Below, one piece after another: positions 1-6,283 of a DNA stretch of 16,155 nt. This DNA is from Tubiluchus corallicola (lineage: Eukaryota; Animalia; Priapulida). The stretch spans positions 1 to 16,155 of the forward strand of contig JAQGDQ010002507.1 of NCBI GenBank assembly GCA_030141605.1, in the 5' to 3' direction. Positions within the stretch are counted from its first letter, which is position 1, and each line of letters begins with the position of its first letter. Below the pieces are notes generated by a model. It was not told the DNA's origin. It saw nothing but the letters and a program-made list of their open reading frames with translations, and did not search any database. Both the position numbers and the translations under genes were made by a program.

Positions 1-1531
1 TTTTTTTCTCTATTTTTTTGTAACTTTTCATTTTTATCATCATATATTTTTTTTAAGTTTTCAATTTCTTTATCAAATTCAATATATTTGATTATCTCGT
101 CTTTAAAATTATTATAAACCTCATTTTCAATAAACTCTACTAGTTGATTTCTAAGCTTAGTTTTTTCAGAAGAGCTATCCTTAATACATTTGTTTATATC
201 CTTTATATTTTTATTAAGTATAGAAATTTTATTTTCAATATTTTCAATCTGACCACTAATATTTTCAGATATACTTATACTCTTTTCAATATTTTTCTTT
301 TTTTTCTCATAATGCTTTATAATTTTTTCAAAGATAGAAATAATGTCATTTTTATCTTTTTCTATGTCATCTAAGTTGATATCTTTAAAAGCTGTAAAAT
401 ATGGTTTTGTATCATTAAACTTAGATTTACTTTTCATAAAAGAATCGTTATAAAAATTTTTAAAATTTTCAATTATATCTTTAATTTTTTTAATTTCTCC
501 ATCTAAAGTATTGATTACTTTATTTTCTTCATCCTCTAAATATTTTTCATATTCTTTAATTAAATTTATAGCTAACTCCTCTTTTAAGCTTTGTTCACAA
601 AAAGGACATACTTCTTTTTTATTTTTGTGGTATATTTCTATTCCTTTTTCAATAAACATTTTATTGGATTTAATTTTTTTCTTAAATTCATCTGAAATAT
701 CAGAACGCTTATAAATCTCTTTCAATAGTGATTTTGAAACTATTTTATCTAAATTTAAACTATCTTTTATGTTATTCCAATTAACTTCTTGTATATTATC
801 TAAATTATCAGGAATTGATTTAAATTTTTCATAACTACTAACTGAGCTAGCATATGTAGGAACTGTAGGATTTCTCTTATGATTTTTATGCTTAATAATT
901 AAGTTTTCCAATGTAATATAAAAAAAACTTCCTGGAGGTTTATGGTTTAAACCTGCCTCCTTTTTAGCGTCTTTTTCTTCTTTTCAATATTTTCTGAAAG
1001 TTCTTTTTTTGTATCTTCAAAATCTTTACTTTTAGCACCATAATTTTCTTTAAGAGAATTTACTTCTCGTTCTTCTTTTTCTAATGAAATTTGATTTTCT
1101 CCAATAATATATCCTTCAAAATTTCCATGAGGTCTAAATTTAGTTTCTCTTAAATTTTTATCAATGAACTCATGATTAAAGCAGTGGTATATATATCCAC
1201 CTGCATCTGTATCATTTAAAGATGGGGGGCTATTTCTTGAGTAATTTATATTAATACTACTTTTAGTTTTCTTTTCACTTTTATCAAAAACTTCAAATTT
1301 AAAACTACTATTTTCTGAGTTAAATTTTAGCATATGATTAAAATTTGTACCTTCAATTTTATTTTTATCTTGAAAGATTTTAAAATTTCTTCCAATAAAG
1401 GTTTTTCCAATGCCATTTCTAGATACTATTAACCACTTTAAACTACTAAGATTATCTTCAAACTTTAATTTTTTAATTGGGCCGATATTTTCAATATCTA
1501 ATTTTACACTTACACTCTTGTTTTTCGACAT
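1..1531 (-). pseudogene. AAA_13 / RloC-like (Rad50-type) ABC ATPase with zinc-hook coiled coil; apparent 1-nt frameshift near 950-985; 3' end runs off the window
   Basis: ORF 947..1531 has SD GAGGGG, N-terminal IENIGPIK and Walker A-like SRNGIGKT. Manual translation of the adjacent (-1) frame from about 970 to base 1 has no stop (DAKKEAGLNHKPPGSFFYITLENL...KMFIEKGIEIYHKNKKEVCPFCEQSLKEE...). It carries a CPFC zinc-hook motif at 608-597 flanked by K/E-rich coiled coil. It could be an intact gene with a consensus error. Confidence 0.75.
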
Positions 1532-1590
1532 AATACCCCCTCATTATGTTTTTAAGCTAGATAATAATTTTTTATAAATATTTAAGGTGC

Positions 1591-1634
1591 TTCAACAGCC
1601 TTTGATATATTGCTTAGTACTGGATACTGTTGAA
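1591..1634. repeat. Inverted repeat with 8-bp arms in the divergent ATPase/kdsB spacer
   Basis: TTCAACAG (1591-1598) and CTGTTGAA (1627-1634) are separated by 28 nt, in a patch richer in GC than its surroundings. Confidence 0.55.
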
Positions 1635-1687
1635 TGTAGTAATCTAGAACACTTATTTTATATATTATACACTTTTATTTTTATTTA

Positions 1688-1717
1688 TTGAAATGTTTAT
1701 TTATATTATTGTATAAT
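1688..1717 (+). promoter_or_regulatory. Putative sigma70-type promoter of kdsB
   Basis: TTGAAA (1688-1693), 18-nt spacer, TATAAT (1712-1717); SD AAGGAG at 1734-1739 precedes ATG 1748. Confidence 0.5.
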
Positions 1718-1747
1718 GTATTTATAATTTGCTAAGGAGAATATATT

Positions 1748-2488
1748 ATGAAAATATTAGGCGTAATTCCTGCAAGATACGCATCAACTAGATTAGAAGG
1801 AAAGCCTTTAAAATTAATTGGTAAATATCCTATGATTGAATGGGTTTATAAAAGAGCTTTAAAATCAAATTTAGATATGGTTATTGTTGCTACAGATAGT
1901 GAAGATATTTATAATCACATATTAAGAATTGGTGGAAATGCTGTAATGACTTCCGAAGAGCACACTAATGGAACAGAGCGAATAGGAGAAGTTGCTAAAA
2001 AATACCAAGAATATGATTATATAATAAATATTCAAGGTGACGAACCATTAATTGATAAAGAAGTTATTAACTTGCTTATAGAAGGCTTTAAGAATGATTC
2101 AGATATTTATATGAGTACATTGAAATCTAGGTTAGAAAATAATAGTATAAAAGATCCTAATAATGTTAAAGTTATTTGTGACAAAAGTGACTATGCTATG
2201 TATTTTTCTAGGTCTAAAATTCCTTATAATTTGAAAAATACTACTAATTGTAGCTACTATAAACATATTGGAATTTATGGATATTCTAGAGACTTTTTAT
2301 TCAAATATTTAAACCTTCCTCAAGGTATTTTAGAAAATATGGAATCTCTAGAACAATTAAGAGTTTTAGAAAATGGCTATAAAATAAAAGTTTTTGAAAC
2401 TAACTATAAAAACATAAGTGTTGATACTAAAGAAGACCTAGAGAAAATTAATAGCTATATAAAAAATATGGATGTTTCACTTTACTAA
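1748..2488 (+). CDS. kdsB: 3-deoxy-manno-octulosonate cytidylyltransferase (CMP-KDO synthetase)
   Basis: Motifs IPARYASTRLEGKPL, NIQGDEP, YFSRSKIP, HIGIYGY, ESLEQLRVLENG and VDT; 246 aa; good SD. Confidence 0.97.
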   Translation: MKILGVIPARYASTRLEGKPLKLIGKYPMIEWVYKRALKSNLDMVIVATDSEDIYNHILRIGGNAVMTSEEHTNGTERIGEVAKKYQEYDYIINIQGDEPLIDKEVINLLIEGFKNDSDIYMSTLKSRLENNSIKDPNNVKVICDKSDYAMYFSRSKIPYNLKNTTNCSYYKHIGIYGYSRDFLFKYLNLPQGILENMESLEQLRVLENGYKIKVFETNYKNISVDTKEDLEKINSYIKNMDVSLY

Positions 2489-2509
2489 TTAAAAAAATTA
2501 AAGTAAAAT
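2481..2509 (+). promoter_or_regulatory. Putative promoter of the TM1266-hydG-aspA unit, overlapping the kdsB stop
   Basis: TTTACT (2481-2486), 17-nt spacer, TAAAAT (2504-2509); a second TATAAT lies at 2511-2516. Confidence 0.45.
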
Positions 2510-2538
2510 ATATAATGATTTTTATACGGAGGAAGTTT

Positions 2539-2778
2539 ATGGGTAGAGTTGCAACTATGTCTATTTTTATTGACAGGAAATTGGATATAATGAAAGTGAA
2601 TAACATTCTTCATGATTATCAAGACATTATTATTTCTAGAATGGGAATCCCATATAGAGAGAAACGGATATCTGTTATTGTTATTATTTTAGATGGAGAT
2701 AATGAATCCATTGGAGCATTATCTGGAAAATTAGGAAATATCAAAGGTTTGTCAGTTAAAGTAGCGATGAAAAAATAA
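2539..2778 (+). CDS. TM1266-family putative iron-only hydrogenase system regulator (ACT-like fold), 79 aa
   Basis: MGRVATMSIFID...VNNILHDYQDIIISRMGIPY...ISVIVIILDG...IGALSGKLGNIKGLSVK matches the family pattern, and the gene lies next to hydG. SD GGAGG at 2528-2532 favours ATG 2539 over 2515. Confidence 0.9.
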   Translation: MGRVATMSIFIDRKLDIMKVNNILHDYQDIIISRMGIPYREKRISVIVIILDGDNESIGALSGKLGNIKGLSVKVAMKK

Positions 2779-2805
2779 ATATCCTAACTACAAGGAGAAA
2801 TCTTA

Positions 2806-2859
2806 GTGAAAGGGAAAAATAATATAATTTATGATTATACGAAAGTCTCCTTATCTTGA
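2806..2859 (+). CDS. Putative 17-aa leader peptide MKGKNNIIYDYTKVSLS
   Basis: SD AAGGAG (2792-2797), 8-nt spacing, GTG at 2806; TGA at 2857-2859 falls at the loop/3' arm of the terminator hairpin. Translation is unproven. Confidence 0.35.
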   Translation: MKGKNNIIYDYTKVSLS

Positions 2860-2876
2860 GGAGACCTTTATTTTTT
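2845..2876 (+). terminator. Intrinsic terminator between the TM1266-family gene and hydG
   Basis: Stem GTCTCCTT / GAGGAGAC (one G-U pair), loop ATCTT, followed by CTTTATTTTTT. Confidence 0.8.
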
Positions 2877-2970
2877 ATAAAAACATTTATTATTTTTATA
2901 AGCTTGGGATTTTAATTAAAATATAGAAGATAACAAAATTATTATTAAATTACTTCTAATTGGAGGAAAA

Positions 2971-4395
2971 ATGTACGAAAAATCATGGCAAGAAACTGTA
3001 AAGCAGGAAAACTTTATAAATGAAGTAGAAATAGAAAATATTTTAGATAAATATAAAAATCCCAGTGATTTAGAATTTGAAACAGTGTTGCAAAAAGTGA
3101 TTTCTAAAAAACCTTTTACATACAGTGATGTAGCTATTCTTTTAAATTCTGAAAAAACACAGCAAATCGAAAAAATATTTAATCTTGCAAAGGATATGAA
3201 AAAGAGTGTTTATGGCAACAGAGTAGTTATATTTGCACCTCTATATTTAGGTAATAAATGTACTAATTTGTGTACTTATTGTGGATTTAAAGCAAGTAAT
3301 AGCGATATAAAAAGAAAAACGTTAAATTTAAATGAATTAGAAAAAGAAATTATTGCCCTTGAAGAAGAAGGGCATAAAAGACTTATTATGGTATATGGAA
3401 CTCATCCTGATTTTTCTCCAAATTATATTAAAGAAACTGTAAAAAAAGCTTATGAAACAAAATTACATAATGGAGAGATAAGGCGGATAAATATAAATGC
3501 AGCACCTCTATCTATAGATGAATATAAAATTGTAAAAGAAGCTGAAATAGGCACATATCAGATATTTCAAGAAACTTACCATGAAAAAACCTACAATAAT
3601 GTTCATCCAAAAGGAGGAGAAAAATCAAATTTTAAATGGAGATTATTTGGATTATCTAGAGCTATGGAAGCAGGAATAGACGATGTTGGAATTGGAGCTT
3701 TATTTGGATTGTATAAATGGAAATATGAAGTGATGGGACTTTTTGCTCATGCAAAGCATTTAGAAAGTACATATGGAGTTGGCCCTCATACTATATCTTT
3801 TCCAAGATTAAAAGAAGCACACGGAGTTTATAAAAATTCTAATTATTTAGTTAATGACCTTGAGCTAAAAAGAGTTATTGCTATTTTGCGACTAGCAGTT
3901 CCATATACTGGCCTTATTCTAACTGCAAGAGAAAGCGCTGAACTTAGAAAAGAATGTATGGACATAGGAGTATCTCAAATAGATGCTGGAACTCAAATTG
4001 AACTTCAAGGTTACTCTAAGCAAAAAGAAAAGCAAAATTTAAAAAATGAGCAATTTAAGATAGGAGATAGTAGATCTTTAGATGATATAATATTAGAGCT
4101 TATAAGGTATAAGTATATTCCTTCATTTTGTACAGCTTGCTATAGACTTGGTAGAACAGGAGAACACTTTATGGAGTTTTCTAAGCCTGGTTTTATTCAC
4201 TACTTTTGTACTCCAAATGCTGTACTTACATTAGCTGAATACTTAGAAGACTATGCTAGTGAAAATACAAAAAAAACAGGATATAATTTAATAAATGAGA
4301 TAATAGAAAAAGAAATAACTAAAGAAGATATAAAAAATACTATAAATAAAAAACTAGATAAAATTAAAAATGGATGTAGAGATATTTACTATTAA
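2971..4395 (+). CDS. hydG: [FeFe]-hydrogenase H-cluster radical SAM maturase HydG
   Basis: Radical SAM motif CTNLCTYC, YQIFQETY and GPHTISFPR. The C-terminal auxiliary-cluster motif C-x2-C-x22-C (CTAC...FCTPNA) distinguishes HydG from ThiH; 474 aa; SD GGAGG at 2962-2966. Confidence 0.96.
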   Translation: MYEKSWQETVKQENFINEVEIENILDKYKNPSDLEFETVLQKVISKKPFTYSDVAILLNSEKTQQIEKIFNLAKDMKKSVYGNRVVIFAPLYLGNKCTNLCTYCGFKASNSDIKRKTLNLNELEKEIIALEEEGHKRLIMVYGTHPDFSPNYIKETVKKAYETKLHNGEIRRININAAPLSIDEYKIVKEAEIGTYQIFQETYHEKTYNNVHPKGGEKSNFKWRLFGLSRAMEAGIDDVGIGALFGLYKWKYEVMGLFAHAKHLESTYGVGPHTISFPRLKEAHGVYKNSNYLVNDLELKRVIAILRLAVPYTGLILTARESAELRKECMDIGVSQIDAGTQIELQGYSKQKEKQNLKNEQFKIGDSRSLDDIILELIRYKYIPSFCTACYRLGRTGEHFMEFSKPGFIHYFCTPNAVLTLAEYLEDYASENTKKTGYNLINEIIEKEITKEDIKNTINKKLDKIKNGCRDIYY

Positions 4396-4436
4396 GCAAT
4401 TCTAAATAGTATCTAATATAGATATGGGAGAATATT

Positions 4437-5765
4437 ATGAATTATAGAAAAGAAAAAGATGCTATTGGGGAAATAGATATTGAAAATTCTTTATATTACG
4501 GCATCAATACTTATAGAGCTTTAGATAACTTTAAGTATAAAGGGAAAAAAATTCACAGTGAAATAATAAAAGGGCTTGCTTATGTGAAGTATGCTGCTGC
4601 TGAAGCAAACATAAAAATTGAGGCTTTAGACGTAAAAATAGGTGAAGCAATTAAAAAATCTGCTACTGAAATATTAGAAGAAAAGTATATAGATCAGTTT
4701 CCTCTTGCTGCAATTCAAGGGGGAGCTGGAACTTCTGTTAATATGAATTTAAATGAGGTTTTAGCTAATTTAGCTCTTGAAAAATTAGATGAACCTAAAG
4801 GAAAATACGATATAGTTAATCCAATTATTCATGTTAATATGTCTCAGTCAACTAATGATGTTTATCCTACAGGAATAAAAATAGCAGTTATAAAAATGCT
4901 TAGATTATTAATTGAGAAAGTAAAACTGATTCAAGAAGCATTACAAAAAAAAGAAACTGAATACAGCAATATTTATAAATTAGGCAGAACTCAACTTCAA
5001 GATGCTGTTCCAATTAGTTTAGGTCAAGAATTTGGGGCCTATGCAGAAGCCCTTTCTAGAGATAGATGGAGACTTTATAAAGCTGAGGAAAGAATAAGGG
5101 TTATAAATATTGGTGGTACTGCAATTGGTACATGTATTGGAGCTAGTCCTCAATATAAATATTATGTAACTGAAGAGCTAAGGCGAATAACTGGATTAGG
5201 ACTTGCAAGGTCTGAAAATCTGATTGATTCTACTCAAAACTTAGATGTTTTTGCTGAAGTTTCTGGTCTTATAAAAACCTTAGCAATTACTTTAAATAAA
5301 ATAGCTGGCGATTTAAGGCTTATTTCTTCAGGTCCTATATCTGGTTTTAATGAAATAAACATACCAAATGTACAACTAGGATCTTCTATAATGCCTGGAA
5401 AAGTTAACCCTGTTGTTTTAGAATATATACAACAAATATATTTAAAAGTTCTATCAAATGATTTAATTGTTTCTAATGGCTGTGCAAGTGGAGAATTAGA
5501 ACTAAATACGATGTTACCAATAATTTCTGAAGCTATAATAGAGAACATAGAAATATTAACCTATGCTTTAGATACTTTTAAAAATAAAGCTATTGATGGA
5601 ATTACTGTAAATGAAAAAATATGTAGAAAATATATAGAGGAAAGCGATAGTACTATTGCAACATTTATAGGGACATATACATATGAAGAGCTTATAAAAA
5701 TATTAAAAGAAAGTGAAAAAACTGGTATAAATTATAAGAAGTTAATTTATAAAAAATACACTTAG
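4437..5765 (+). CDS. aspA: Aspartate ammonia-lyase (fumarase/aspartase superfamily), hyd-cluster associated type
   Basis: QGGAGTSVNMNLNEV, HVNMSQSTNDVYPT, GRTQLQDAVP and the signature GSSIMPGKVNP. Confidence 0.9.
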   Translation: MNYRKEKDAIGEIDIENSLYYGINTYRALDNFKYKGKKIHSEIIKGLAYVKYAAAEANIKIEALDVKIGEAIKKSATEILEEKYIDQFPLAAIQGGAGTSVNMNLNEVLANLALEKLDEPKGKYDIVNPIIHVNMSQSTNDVYPTGIKIAVIKMLRLLIEKVKLIQEALQKKETEYSNIYKLGRTQLQDAVPISLGQEFGAYAEALSRDRWRLYKAEERIRVINIGGTAIGTCIGASPQYKYYVTEELRRITGLGLARSENLIDSTQNLDVFAEVSGLIKTLAITLNKIAGDLRLISSGPISGFNEINIPNVQLGSSIMPGKVNPVVLEYIQQIYLKVLSNDLIVSNGCASGELELNTMLPIISEAIIENIEILTYALDTFKNKAIDGITVNEKICRKYIEESDSTIATFIGTYTYEELIKILKESEKTGINYKKLIYKKYT

Positions 5766-5918
5766 ATATGAGATTCAGTAGTTATTTATTATAAAGAAAT
5801 AAAATTAAATTTAAATATTAATATATAAATTTTTTAATAAAATTTTAAGAAACTATAAGAAAAGAATACTAGATTTTTTAAATATACTACTAATAATAGA
5901 ATAAAGCTATATTATAAA

Positions 5919-5948
5919 ATAAAACCACTATTAAAATAGTGGTTTTAT
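5919..5948. terminator. Probably bidirectional intrinsic terminator between convergent aspA and XRE genes
   Basis: Perfect 14-bp arms ATAAAACCACTATT-AA-AATAGTGGTTTTAT; overlaps the XRE gene stop codon at 5945-5947. Confidence 0.8.
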
Positions 5949-6142
5949 ATAAAATCTTTAATGTCTTTTTCTAAAGTTTCTGCATATTTTTGTAATGTTT
6001 TTATGTTTGGGGTAACTCCATTTCTCCAATTTCTCAATGTTGTACTTAAGTTTTGTCTTGAAATCCCCATTTGCCTAGCAAACTCACTTTGAGTCATTTT
6101 TTTCTTTTCTAACTCAGTTAGAATTTTTTTTGCTATGTCCAT
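5945..6142 (-). CDS. XRE/Cro-CI family helix-turn-helix transcriptional regulator, 65 aa
   Basis: KKKMTQSEFARQMGISRQNLSTTL...W.NG.TPNIKTLQKYAETL is a typical HTH_3 pattern. SD AAGGAGG lies 8 nt before ATG 6142, which is preferred over GTG 6148. Confidence 0.9.
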   Translation of the reverse strand: MDIAKKILTELEKKKMTQSEFARQMGISRQNLSTTLRNWRNGVTPNIKTLQKYAETLEKDIKDFI

Positions 6143-6193
6143 ATACACTACCTCCTTTTTTACATAATTTCAACTTACATCCTTAACCACCCA

Positions 6194-6240
6194 TGTGTTA
6201 TGAACAATAATTATGTTATAACATAATTATTTTATGTTAT
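6194..6240. promoter_or_regulatory. Palindromic operator array upstream of the XRE gene
   Basis: Perfect 26-bp palindrome AATAATTATGTTA|TAACATAATTATT (6206-6231); overlapping inverted repeat ATAACATAA-N5-TTATGTTAT (6218-6240); extra half-site TGTGTTAT (6194-6201). Confidence 0.65.
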
Positions 6241-6257
6241 ATAAAAAAACTTTTCAA
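6229..6257 (-). promoter_or_regulatory. Putative promoter of the XRE gene
   Basis: Minus strand TTGAAA (6257-6252), 17-nt spacer, TAAAAT (6234-6229). Confidence 0.55.
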
Positions 6258-6283
6258 CCTTTTTAGTGAAATTTAAGTGTTTT

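Larger units (their letters stand above)
2782..2876 (+). promoter_or_regulatory. Candidate transcription attenuator / cis-regulatory RNA upstream of hydG
   Basis: Hairpin 1: TCCT/AGGG, ACT/AGT and AGGA-GAAA-TCTT (2782-2814). Hairpin 2: TATAAT/ATTATA (2823-2839). Terminator: 2845-2876. AAGGAGA (2792-2798) is the exact complement of TCTCCTT (2846-2852). Confidence 0.55.

Noticed and set aside
144-714. Plus-strand ORFs 144..374 and 511..714
   Set aside because: Antisense shadows of the long minus-strand ATPase frame; F/I/L/S-rich composition and no SD.
955-985. Programmed -1 ribosomal frameshift in the ATPase (AAG AAA AAG ACG CTA AAA AGG)
   Set aside because: No canonical in-frame A AAA AAG heptamer and no clear stimulatory hairpin; a simple one-base loss in an A run explains it.
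2782-2876. Assignment of the leader to TPP, SAM-I, T-box, Moco or c-di-GMP riboswitch families
   Set aside because: The hallmark sequences (for example TGAGA/CCTGA of TPP, the T-box TGGNACC bulge, GGCAAA of c-di-GMP-I) are absent; only a GAAA loop and CCTAA give a superficial resemblance.
2909-2922. Palindrome ATTTTAATTAAAAT before hydG
   Set aside because: A/T-only 14-mer, expected by chance in such AT-rich DNA.
2971-4395. Calling the radical SAM gene thiH
   Set aside because: It has the HydG-specific C-terminal C-x2-C-x22-C extension and hyd-cluster neighbours, with no thi genes nearby.
5740-5800. Possible frameshift truncating the AspA C-terminus, which seems slightly short
   Set aside because: The alternative frame adds only IHLDMRFSSYLL with no recognisable aspartase motif, so it cannot be supported.
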